Shown here in pieces: positions 1 to 7,401 of a DNA stretch of 50,234 nucleotides. The translations under genes were made by a program, and so were the position numbers. The notes beneath the pieces are model-generated. The model was given only the letters and a program-made list of their open reading frames with translations, was not told where the DNA came from and made no database searches. The DNA comes from Spirosomataceae bacterium (GTDB lineage: Bacteria > Bacteroidota > Bacteroidia > Cytophagales > Spirosomataceae). The number at the start of each line of letters is the position of its first letter. The first letter of the stretch is position 1. The stretch is from positions 1,431-51,664 of the forward strand of contig JBMLRK010000446.1 in assembly GCA_049241065.1 (NCBI GenBank), in the 5' to 3' direction.

Positions 1-476
1 TCTTCGTCCGTTAGGGCAACAATGGCGTATCGGCTGTTATTGGTAATAATCAGTTCGTCGATTAAATCCACCACGTTATGATATTTGGCAGCATCCGTCG
101 ATTTGATAATGACGGTAAACATATCTCCTACCCTTCTTTTATAATTGAACAACACGTTCCGAATCCCATCTTCCTTAAAGCTACTCACTTTTAGTTGTGG
201 ATTACACGCCAGACCTTCGTAATAATAAATCTTATTATCTTCTCCCAAAACGACATTCAACGATTTGGAACAAGGAATGGGCGACGTAACATCTCCCCCT
301 TCGTCAGGCATATTCAATTGCATCGTGACAGGTTTAGAGAGCGTTGTCGTCAGCATAAAAAAAGTAATCAATAAAAATCCTAAATCAACCATCGGAGTCA
401 TATCTATTTTGGTCGATTGCTTTTTGGATCTGGCCTTGTTGGCAGAGCCACTGTCGGAGGTGTTAATTTCAGCCAT
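1..476 (-). CDS. exbD: ExbD/TolR-family biopolymer transport protein (3' end runs off the window; not in the supplied ORF track)
   Basis: Reverse-strand ATG at 476..474 opens a frame that stays open to base 1: MAEINTSDSGSANKARSKKQSTKIDMTPMVDLGFLLITFFMLTTTLSKPVTMQLNMPDE... The IDMTPMVDLGFLLITFFM segment is the ExbD/TolR single-TM signature. The 265..516 + ORF is its antisense shadow. Confidence 0.8.
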   Translation of the reverse strand, partial: MAEINTSDSGSANKARSKKQSTKIDMTPMVDLGFLLITFFMLTTTLSKPVTMQLNMPDEGGDVTSPIPCSKSLNVVLGEDNKIYYYEGLACNPQLKVSSFKEDGIRNVLFNYKRRVGDMFTVIIKSTDAAKYHNVVDLIDELIITNNSRYAIVALTDE

Positions 477-575
477 GAGTTCATTTGTTTGTGCAACTTG
501 TTGTCGCAGAGGTTAATATACTTATTTTCAATAATGTGTAAAACGTTTTAAGGTGTACTCAGTAGTGCCAAGGGC

Positions 576-690
576 AAACGGGTTTTAACCCGTTTTGTAT
601 TATATAAGTTAAATAGAATTATTCTTTTTTGTAAATAAACGGGTTGAAACCTCTCTTGTATTATTTGTATAAACGGGTTAAAACCCGTTT
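576..690. repeat. Three copies of a GC-cored palindrome AAACGGGTT-NN-AACCCGTTT (576..595 perfect, 637..656 decayed, 671..690 perfect), each next to a TGTAT(TAT) word
   Basis: Read directly. Copies 1 and 3 are perfect 9-bp-arm palindromes. Copy 3 overlaps the stop codon (689..691) of the BlaI-like gene. Copy 2 keeps the left arm only. Confidence 0.7.
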
Positions 691-1069
691 ACCCCTTGTC
701 TTTCATTTGATTAATCATTTTCATAATTTCATCTGCTTCATTGACATCAATTTTTCCTTTTTTAGAAAAGAAAGAAAACAAACTTGAAAATGAATTTTGG
801 AAATAACCTTCCACTAGCTTTTCGGTGGCAAAAGTGCTGTATTGTTCTTTGCTAATAATCGGAAAATATTCGTGTGATTTTCCATACGCTTTATGGCTCA
901 CAAAGCCTTTTTCCTGTAAAATTCTCACAATCGTCGAAACCGTATTGTAGGCTGGTTTTGGCTCAGGTAACTCTTCGATAATATCTTTTACAAAAGCCTT
1001 TTCCAAGGTCCAAAGCACCTGCATAATCTGCTCTTCTGCTTTTGTGAGTTCTTTATCTACTGCTTGCAT
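689..1069 (-). CDS. BlaI/MecI/CopY-family winged-helix transcriptional repressor
   Basis: 126 aa. The N-terminal LTKAEEQIMQVLW...VKDIIEELPEPKPAYNTVSTIVRILQEKGFV...GKSHEYFPIISKEQY matches the penicillinase-repressor family fold pattern. No BlaR1/M56 sensor gene is adjacent. Confidence 0.85.
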   Translation of the reverse strand: MQAVDKELTKAEEQIMQVLWTLEKAFVKDIIEELPEPKPAYNTVSTIVRILQEKGFVSHKAYGKSHEYFPIISKEQYSTFATEKLVEGYFQNSFSSLFSFFSKKGKIDVNEADEIMKMINQMKDKG

Positions 1070-1167
1070 AATGTGTTATGATGTTAATTGCTGTGGGATA
1101 AATGCTGTAACAAAGGATGTCCACCTCCTTAACTATTCCCTGTTTCTTTATTACGAATCAAAGATAT

Positions 1168-1203
1168 AACTATTTTTTTAGTTATCAAACTATTTCTTTA
1201 GTT
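1168..1203. promoter_or_regulatory. Tandem dyads AACTA-N6-TAGTT (1168..1183 and 1188..1203), candidate operator of the BlaI-like repressor
   Basis: AACTATTTTTTTAGTT and AACTATTTCTTTAGTT start 20 bp apart (two helical turns). They lie 99..134 nt upstream of the repressor ATG and just downstream of the preceding gene's terminator. Confidence 0.4.
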
Positions 1204-1219
1204 TTTATTTCAGGTGCAT

Positions 1220-1249
1220 AAAAAAGCGAGACTTTAACAACCTCGCTTT
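1220..1249 (-). terminator. Rho-independent terminator of the 1271..1879 gene
   Basis: Minus strand reads AAAGCGAG-gttgttaaagt-CTCGCTTT followed by a T-run. Confidence 0.6.
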
Positions 1250-1270
1250 CCTAAAAAGAGTTTCTTGTGT

Positions 1271-1879
1271 CTATTTATACGCTAAAAAATCCGTTAGTCT
1301 TTGCATAAAAATAGCGGTTGGTATGGCATATTTTTCGCCTTTTACCCACAAATCTAAGGTTCTGCTTCCAGATGATATAGATGTTTTTTTATAGCTAATA
1401 AAGAAATCTTTTGTCACGGTAAAGTCTTCGGTATATACTACACCACTTTTCATTTTTTGCGACTTCATACGACTTTTTAATTCTTGAAAGCCATCCATAA
1501 TCGCTTTGCACTGCACAGGATTCAACTCCACATAAGCCGTATCGCTCAACACGTCGCTATCCACACTTGGAATATTGATAACTCCTGCTAGTTGTTGTTC
1601 ATACGTAGTCGGAGCCGTGAAATGAGTTTTGGGATATTTTCCAACCCCAATGACCAACGATTTTGTTTGGTCATTACTAAAGCCTGTCAACTCAAAATGT
1701 CCTTTTGAGTAATGGTTACGTTTATACAAGGGATAAGACTTTAAGCTACTATACCCTCCTACGGGATGCTCTTGCACCTTTGTTTTGATATAGTGTTCTG
1801 TCAGACTGGGACTTACGCTAGTACAGCTTATAGTAAGGCTTGCACAAAAGGCAGCGATAGTAAAATAGAATGGTTTCAT
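1271..1879 (-). CDS. Hypothetical lipoprotein
   Basis: 202-aa ORF. Signal peptide with a lipobox-like LTISC, followed by a Ser/Thr-rich start. No recognisable catalytic motif. Confidence 0.6.
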   Translation of the reverse strand: MKPFYFTIAAFCASLTISCTSVSPSLTEHYIKTKVQEHPVGGYSSLKSYPLYKRNHYSKGHFELTGFSNDQTKSLVIGVGKYPKTHFTAPTTYEQQLAGVINIPSVDSDVLSDTAYVELNPVQCKAIMDGFQELKSRMKSQKMKSGVVYTEDFTVTKDFFISYKKTSISSGSRTLDLWVKGEKYAIPTAIFMQRLTDFLAYK

Positions 1880-1899
1880 GTTACAAGGGTTTGTTTTTG

Positions 1900-2000
1900 G
1901 TAAGTGGTCGTCAGTTTAAAATTCAATGTTCAAAAGCACTAATAAGTCACTTTAAACTAACCACTTATGTTACTCTCAATACGCTAAAACGAGTACTTAT
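1900..2000. mobile_element. MITE-like intergenic repeat, copy A (~100 bp)
   Basis: Collinear similarity to 44383..44503. The 36-nt block taagtggtcgtcagtttaaaattcaatgttcaaaag matches copy B with 4 mismatches and 1 indel. Shared words: ataagYcact, aaccacttat, aacgagtactta. The ends are imperfect inverted repeats: TAAGTGGTCG versus the reverse complement of CGAGTACTTA. Confidence 0.45.
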
Positions 2001-2054
2001 CCTGTAATTAACCCTACAAGATTTTTGAAACCTTATAGGGTTAATCGCTATTCA

Positions 2055-3773
2055 TCAATAATCATAATCCAAGCCCAAAGCCGAACGTAGGTCGTTTAAG
2101 GCAGGATTTTTTTCGGCCAAAAAGTTGAATTTTTCGGCTTGTGTGTAAATCATTTTTACCTTTTCTTGTTCCAAAATACTTACTTCCAAATGCAAAGTTG
2201 AATTTTGGACTTCCTTTCTCAGATATGTTAATACTTCTGTTCGCAAGGCGGTCGTTAGCAATTCTTGCTGAATTTCATTGTCCACCGCCAAGTAAATCGT
2301 TGTACCTTTTAACGTAAACGGACGATTTAAAATTACATATTCGCTATACCGTTGACGTTCCTTTAGATGCTCTACGAGGGTATCCCATGAAGTTTTCAAG
2401 CCATCATAAGTAACCGCTTTATTCGTCAAGGGTTGCGACTCCTGCACCGTATTAGCTAAGGTTGGCGTTTCTTTTTCAACCGCCTTATTAATAATCGTCG
2501 AGGTACTACGCAAACCCGCAACCTTCGGGATTGCCCCAGTGGTAGGTACTGACGGAGTTGCCACAGGCGTAACAGGAACATTGGCTGGCTGTGGAGCAGC
2601 AACCGTTGGAGCTGTTACCTCATTAGACTTTTTTCCGCCGTCGCCCTCCATGGCGGGTAGCGATGCTAAGTTTAAGACGTTGGTAAGGTTTGCCATTTTT
2701 AGCAAACTGATTTCTACGTGTAACTTTTGGTTTTTAGCAGCTTTATAATTCAAGTCGCATTGCGAGCCTAAACTCATGGCAGAAGCCAAAAACGAATACG
2801 ATGCCACAGCAGCCTGTGCCAAATATTTCTGTTGAACCGATTCGGATACCTGCAATAATTTCACCGTTACAGGGTCTTTGCAAACCAAAAGATTACGGAA
2901 ATGTTCGAGTAAACCCACCACAAACTGATGCCCGTCGAAGCCTTTTTTCAAGATTTCGTCGAACAATAAATACGTATCCGAAATATTCGCCGCCATCAAA
3001 GCCTCCGTCATTCGGAAATAATAGTCGTAATCCAGAATGTGTAAATTCTCCAACACCTCCGCATAACGAAGCACATTGTCTTGTGAGAACGTAACATTCA
3101 AGTCGAACATCGAGAGGGCATCACGCAAACCACCATCGGCTTTTTGAGCAATCAGTTCCAGAGCTTCCACTTCGGCATTAATTCCTTCTTGCGAAGCAAT
3201 AGCTGCCAAATGGTTGGTCATATCCGAAATCTGAATCCGATTAAAGTCAAAAATCTGACAACGAGAAAGAATCGTGGGCAAGATTTTATGTTTTTCGGTA
3301 GTTGCCAAAATAAAGATGGCATAGGCAGGCGGTTCTTCGAGGGTTTTCAAAAAAGCATTGAAGGCACTCGTCGAAAGCATGTGAACCTCATCAATGATAT
3401 AAATCTTGTATTTGCCCGATTGCGGTGGATAACGCACCTGATCAATTAAGCTACGAATATCATCTACCGAGTTATTAGAAGCGGCATCCAATTCATGAAT
3501 ATTGAAGGACGCATTATTTTGAAAGCTCTTGCATGACTCACACTCGCCACAAGCCTCCGCTTGGTCGGTGAGGTTTTGGCAATTAATGGTTTTCGCTAAA
3601 ATCCTTGCACAGGTGGTTTTGCCGACCCCACGAGGGCCGCAAAACAAAAATGCCTGTGCCAAATGATTGGTACGAATAGCATTTTTGAGGGTCGTTGTAA
3701 TATGTGATTGACCGACTACGGAATCGAACAGTTGAGGACGATATTTCCGAGCCGAAACTACGAAGTTTTCCAT
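2055..3773 (-). CDS. dnaX: DNA polymerase III subunit gamma/tau
   Basis: 572 aa. Walker A GPRGVGKTT, DEVHML, Zn module CGECESC, SRC sensor motif, then a Pro/Thr/Val-rich linker and a tau-type C-terminus. Confidence 0.95.
   Translation of the reverse strand: MENFVVSARKYRPQLFDSVVGQSHITTTLKNAIRTNHLAQAFLFCGPRGVGKTTCARILAKTINCQNLTDQAEACGECESCKSFQNNASFNIHELDAASNNSVDDIRSLIDQVRYPPQSGKYKIYIIDEVHMLSTSAFNAFLKTLEEPPAYAIFILATTEKHKILPTILSRCQIFDFNRIQISDMTNHLAAIASQEGINAEVEALELIAQKADGGLRDALSMFDLNVTFSQDNVLRYAEVLENLHILDYDYYFRMTEALMAANISDTYLLFDEILKKGFDGHQFVVGLLEHFRNLLVCKDPVTVKLLQVSESVQQKYLAQAAVASYSFLASAMSLGSQCDLNYKAAKNQKLHVEISLLKMANLTNVLNLASLPAMEGDGGKKSNEVTAPTVAAPQPANVPVTPVATPSVPTTGAIPKVAGLRSTSTIINKAVEKETPTLANTVQESQPLTNKAVTYDGLKTSWDTLVEHLKERQRYSEYVILNRPFTLKGTTIYLAVDNEIQQELLTTALRTEVLTYLRKEVQNSTLHLEVSILEQEKVKMIYTQAEKFNFLAEKNPALNDLRSALGLDYDY
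2628..2634 (-). other. Candidate -1 programmed ribosomal frameshift heptamer A_AAA_AAG inside dnaX
   Basis: The zero frame reads GGA AAA AAG TCT AAT (G380 K381 K382 S383 N384). The -1 frame reads AAA AAA GTC TAA. GGAGG lies at 2649..2645, 10 nt upstream of the heptamer. Confidence 0.55.
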
Positions 3774-3815
3774 AGATGCAAGTTAGGAATTGTAGAACGA
3801 TTTGGCAAACAAGGT

Positions 3816-3846
3816 ACAAAAAAAGGTCAACCCGTGAGTTGACCTT
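3816..3846 (-). terminator. Rho-independent terminator after the 3985..4266 gene
   Basis: Minus strand: AAGGTCAAC-tcacgg-GTTGACCTT followed by about 8 T. Confidence 0.7.
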
Positions 3847-3984
3847 CAATATAATCGTAAACTTAAATCTGCCAAAAGACACCTAATAAAATCAAGTGCT
3901 GAAATTGAGTCGTATGCAAAATACCTGTCCATCCTGGGTCAGATGTCAAGTTTATCTTATCTAAATCCATTTGCATATATTGGT

Positions 3985-4266
3985 TCATGTATTAATAGCC
4001 ACCAAAAAGCTAAAAAATCCATAGAAAGCAAAACCCATGAGAGGTAGATTTTCTACTGATAACGATGGAAGAATTGGTTTATTGAGCCACTTGGATAGCA
4101 ATATGGAGCAGGCTAACAGTCCGAAAAATCCTAACATAACATAGCTGTAAATATGGCGACTATCCACTTCTTGAAAGAAAACAGAAGGTATCGTCTCTTT
4201 TAATAAGGCTGTTAAAAGGGCATAGCCAATGAGTTGTAAAATAACTTTTGAGGTGATTTTTTCCAT
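3985..4266 (-). CDS. Small hypothetical membrane protein (3 predicted TM segments)
   Basis: 93-aa ORF made almost entirely of hydrophobic helices, with its own terminator downstream. No family recognised. Confidence 0.4.
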   Translation of the reverse strand: MEKITSKVILQLIGYALLTALLKETIPSVFFQEVDSRHIYSYVMLGFFGLLACSILLSKWLNKPILPSLSVENLPLMGFAFYGFFSFLVAINT

Positions 4267-4352
4267 GAGGTGTTAAAGGTATTAATTGTTTAGCTATTTT
4301 TACGAATTTATCGCTTCACTATTGAATATGCAAATTTGAAAGGTGTTTTTTC

Positions 4353-5129
4353 CTAGAAAAATTTCTTCACCAACAAATCAAATACTTCAATCAAAATCAG
4401 GATAATTACGACCCATTCGAGGCGAGTGCTTTCTCTATTTTGTAGTAAATCAGTAAAGAGTTTTAGGTTTTCTTGAACAATTTTTAATTTGTAATCAACA
4501 TCTTGATAACGCATTTTGAGGTCAAGATTACGTTTTAAGCCTTTATCAATGCGTTCTAAATGTTCGTCTTCCCACACTTCTTCGGGAGCATCAAAAATAT
4601 ATAAATTGTCGATGATGCTGTTTTTGATATTGAGTGTTCGACCAATAAATTTCAGTAAATCTTTTTTGGAATGCTTGAACGTCCCCGTTTGTTCGAGTTC
4701 GTCCGTGAATTTTTGGGAGTCTTGAAAAATTTCTAAGGTCAGATGTTCGTAATAATCAAGCGATACCGACTGACCCACGTTAAGCATGACTAGACGGATA
4801 CTATCTTCAGTAATTTCGGGAATGGTAATCGAATTATATGCCAACACGACAGAAGCCTGCGGATCTACTTGTAGTTCAAAATTTTCTTCAAAAGTAAGGA
4901 TCACTTGGTCTTCGGAATACGTCTTGACAAATTTCAGGAATTCGCTTTTTTCTAAATCCCCAAATCCGCCAAAAACGACGACCCCATAACTTAATAAGTA
5001 CCAATATTTGTTTCCGTCTTCTTTATAAAACAGTTCCGAATTATTAAACAACAAGGGAACATTGGTATAATCTGCTCTAAATTTTTTAAGGTTTATGACC
5101 TCTGCAACTTGATAAGCTTCAATTTTCAT
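4353..5129 (-). CDS. RMD1/DUF155-family protein with a C-terminal TM helix
   Basis: 258 aa. The overall pattern (N-terminal MKIEAYQVAE..., long soluble domain, terminal LEWVVIILILIEVFDLLV helix) resembles bacterial DUF155/YagE-type proteins. This is a recognition call only. Confidence 0.6.
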   Translation of the reverse strand: MKIEAYQVAEVINLKKFRADYTNVPLLFNNSELFYKEDGNKYWYLLSYGVVVFGGFGDLEKSEFLKFVKTYSEDQVILTFEENFELQVDPQASVVLAYNSITIPEITEDSIRLVMLNVGQSVSLDYYEHLTLEIFQDSQKFTDELEQTGTFKHSKKDLLKFIGRTLNIKNSIIDNLYIFDAPEEVWEDEHLERIDKGLKRNLDLKMRYQDVDYKLKIVQENLKLFTDLLQNRESTRLEWVVIILILIEVFDLLVKKFF

Positions 5130-5261
5130 CTGATTATGTGCAGTTTATTTTATCTGGTATCAAAAGGAACACTTCGGGCAACGATTGCACTCATTGTCTT
5201 TGGATATCAAAGTTTTTGAGATGGGTCTTCATGGTATTGCTAATTATCGTTTAATACCTTG

Positions 5262-5522
5262 CTAATCGTCATAATGCAATCTACATTGTAAAATTACTAG
5301 CTCATCATCATCTACTCGATAAACCAAACGATGTTCAAGATTTATTCTTCTAGACCACCAACCCGACAAATTGTATCGCAACGGTTCTGGTTTACCACTT
5401 CCTTCAAAAGGTGTTCTTTGAATTTCTTTAATTAAACTATTTATCTTTTTGAGCATCGCTTTATCTGTTTGTTGCCAAAACAAATAGTCCTCCCAAGCAC
5501 CATCAAGAAATACTAACCTCAT
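5262..5522 (-). CDS. yoeB: YoeB/Txe-family type II toxin (ribosome-dependent mRNA interferase)
   Basis: 86 aa. WEDYLFWQQTDK...INSLIKEIQRTPFEGSGKPEPLRYNLSGWWSRRINLEHRLVYRV is closely parallel to E. coli YoeB. It overlaps the upstream antitoxin by 4 nt (ATGA). Confidence 0.9.
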   Translation of the reverse strand: MRLVFLDGAWEDYLFWQQTDKAMLKKINSLIKEIQRTPFEGSGKPEPLRYNLSGWWSRRINLEHRLVYRVDDDELVILQCRLHYDD

Positions 5523-5773
5523 TCTTCTATCAAGTTACGCTGTTGACCAAGTTGTTTTTCATAATCCTCCAAGCCCTTCAATAATCGCATGGCATTTTTA
5601 GGATTTCTTAATAAATAAAACGTTTCTTCAATACTATCAAAATCAGCTTTTGACAAAACAACAACATCCTCACCTTTAGGGCGAGTCACAATAAGTGGAG
5701 TGTGATTGGCATTTACGTTATCTAAAAATGCTTTTAAATCTTGACGAAAATTTGTATAATTAGTTGTAGTCAT
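5519..5773 (-). CDS. yefM: YefM/Phd-family antitoxin (start moved to internal Met35 of the 118-aa ORF)
   Basis: MTTTNYTNFRQDLKAFLDNVNANHTPLIVTRPKGEDVVVLSKADFDSIEETFYLLRNPKNAMRL matches the YefM fold pattern. The 34 upstream codons are hydrophobic nonsense that covers the promoter/operator. Confidence 0.88.
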   Translation of the reverse strand: MTTTNYTNFRQDLKAFLDNVNANHTPLIVTRPKGEDVVVLSKADFDSIEETFYLLRNPKNAMRLLKGLEDYEKQLGQQRNLIEE

Positions 5774-5793
5774 AATCTTGTTATCATATTGAA

Positions 5794-5815
5794 CAAATGT
5801 ACATTTTTCTGTACT
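5794..5815 (-). promoter_or_regulatory. yefM-yoeB promoter/operator: -7 box TACATTTG overlapping TGTACA, plus a second AGTACA 12 bp away
   Basis: Minus strand: AGTACAgaaaaaTGTACATTTGttcaatatgataacaagattATG. TGTACA is at 5798..5803 and its partner at 5810..5815. TAnnTTTG is at 5794..5801. Confidence 0.5.
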
Positions 5816-5924
5816 TAATTGCAAATAAATAATCAAAGCGAATCGTATTGTTAAAAAAAAACGATTGGTATTCATCAGCTAACAAATACTGGAAAGCATT
5901 CTAGTCTAATTCACAAAAACGCAA

Positions 5925-5964
5925 AGAAGCCTATAATGTCTTGAAACACCATAGGCTTCTTTTT
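5925..5964. terminator. Hairpin AGAAGCCTAT-N16-ATAGGCTTCT between proA and the TA module
   Basis: Perfect 10-bp arms. TTTT follows on the + side and TTGCGTTTTT on the - side. It sits 84 nt downstream of the proA stop. Confidence 0.5.
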
Positions 5965-6047
5965 ATCAGTACATTAGCATAGTCACCAATTATTAACCTC
6001 ATTACTAAGACCTTATACCTAACAATACAAGCTCATTCCTTCATAAA

Positions 6048-7319
6048 CTAGCCTCTAATTTGCCCGTCACCCTGCACAATCCATTTTTCGGTTACGAGTT
6101 TTTCGAGGGCGAAAGGGCCACGAGCGTGTAGTTTTTGGGTAGAAATTCCGATTTCAGCACCTAGTCCAAACTGACCGCCATCCGTAAAACGAGTGGACGC
6201 ATTTTGATACACCGCTGCGGCATCTACTTCAAACATAAACTGCTCTGCTAAAGCACTGTTTTCGGTAATAATTGCTTCTGAGTGGCGAGACGAATACGCA
6301 TTGATATGTGCCAAGGCTTCTTCTAAACCGTCCACGATTTTAATCGAGCATTTATAATCTAAAAATTCTCTTCCGAAATCAGCTTCTACCGCCTTTTGTA
6401 AGTAAGGATAATTAGCTTCTTGCAAAATTGCGTAAGCCGTTTCATCAGCAAATACTTCTACATTCCATTTGATAAAATCTTGCACTAACATGGGCAAGAA
6501 CGAAGCCGCAACCGCTTTATCCACAATCACGGTGTCTAGGGAATTACAAACCGATGGTCTAGTTACCTTTGCATTTACAACAATGGCTGCTGCCTTTTCA
6601 AGGTTTGCCGTGCTTTCTACATACGTATGACACACACCCGCCCCCGTCTCTATCGTTGGAACGAGCGAGTTTTGGCGAACAAACTGAATCAAGGATTCCG
6701 ACCCTCTTGGGATAATCAAATCAACATAACGCACTGCGGTTAGTAACTCCTTCACTAAGGCTCTGTCCGTAGGCAATAGCGTAATGCAATCTGTATTTAC
6801 GCCAAATTCACGCAATACTTGATGGATTAAGCTTACCAAATAGGTATTGGTATCGAAAGCATCTGAACCACCACGCAATACAACGGCATTTCCCGAACGC
6901 AAGCACAAAGCCGTTACGTCCACCGTTACGTTTGGTCTTGATTCAAAAATCACCCCAATAACACCCATTGGAACTGCTATTTTCTTGATTGATAAGCCAT
7001 TTGCTAACTGCTTTTCTAACAACAATTCCCCTGTGGGGTCGGGTAAATTGGCAACGTCCTTCATACTTTCGGCTAAATCTTCAATGCGATTTTGCGTTAA
7101 TAGAAGTCGGTCATACTTGGGGTCTTTTTTGTCCATACGATCCAAATCTTTTTGATTTTCGACCATAATCTGAGCTTCATTTTCCACCAATACCTCCGCC
7201 AAACGGAACAAAATTGCTTTTTTCTGCTCGTTCGTCAAGCGTCTTACCGCCGCCGAAGCAGCGTGTGTTCTCTGTAAAAGAGGCACAATTGTTGTTACTT
7301 CAATCGTTTCTAATTCCAT
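6048..7319 (-). CDS. proA: Gamma-glutamyl phosphate reductase (start moved to MELETIEV, Met12 of the ORF)
   Basis: Full-length ALDH-fold ProA pattern (ESRPNVT, RGGSDA, catalytic-Cys region TRPSVCNSLDT). The longer ORF start at 7352 would lie inside the upstream gene's terminator hairpin. Confidence 0.9.
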   Translation of the reverse strand: MELETIEVTTIVPLLQRTHAASAAVRRLTNEQKKAILFRLAEVLVENEAQIMVENQKDLDRMDKKDPKYDRLLLTQNRIEDLAESMKDVANLPDPTGELLLEKQLANGLSIKKIAVPMGVIGVIFESRPNVTVDVTALCLRSGNAVVLRGGSDAFDTNTYLVSLIHQVLREFGVNTDCITLLPTDRALVKELLTAVRYVDLIIPRGSESLIQFVRQNSLVPTIETGAGVCHTYVESTANLEKAAAIVVNAKVTRPSVCNSLDTVIVDKAVAASFLPMLVQDFIKWNVEVFADETAYAILQEANYPYLQKAVEADFGREFLDYKCSIKIVDGLEEALAHINAYSSRHSEAIITENSALAEQFMFEVDAAAVYQNASTRFTDGGQFGLGAEIGISTQKLHARGPFALEKLVTEKWIVQGDGQIRG

Positions 7320-7339
7320 TTTGTAATCAATTAGTCTAT

Positions 7340-7376
7340 AAAAAAATAGCATTTGAACGTGAATTCAAATGCTATT
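7340..7376 (-). terminator. Rho-independent terminator of the 7402..10644 gene
   Basis: Perfect 13-bp arms AATAGCATTTGAA / TTCAAATGCTATT with a 6-nt loop, followed by 7 T on the minus strand. Confidence 0.8.
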
Positions 7377-7401
7377 CATTATGCAATTTAGCGTTAATTC
7401 C

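Noticed and set aside
265-516. 83-aa + strand ORF from the track
   Set aside because: It lies fully antisense to a well-supported ExbD reading frame (1..476, minus) and has no recognisable motif, so it is a shadow ORF.
2027-2039. Identical 13-mer GAAACCTTATAGG shared with 21123..21135; both copies lie inside intergenic hairpins
   Set aside because: In a ~50-kb AT-rich window, more than ten identical 13-mer pairs are expected by chance (roughly L squared over 2 divided by 4 to the 13th). The surrounding hairpins differ in length and arms. This is not enough to call a repeat family without a genome-wide count.
2539-3882. Several 69..101-aa ORFs overlapping dnaX (2539..2748, 2801..3094, 3144..3449, 3583..3882)
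   Set aside because: All lie within or overlap the dnaX coding region, on the opposite strand or out of frame. They have low-complexity or Arg/Ser/Pro-rich translations typical of non-coding frames.
6048-7352. proA without an adjacent proB, considered as a possible operon disruption
   Set aside because: proA and proB are not universally linked, and the flanking genes have clean terminators. Without the rest of the genome this is not informative.
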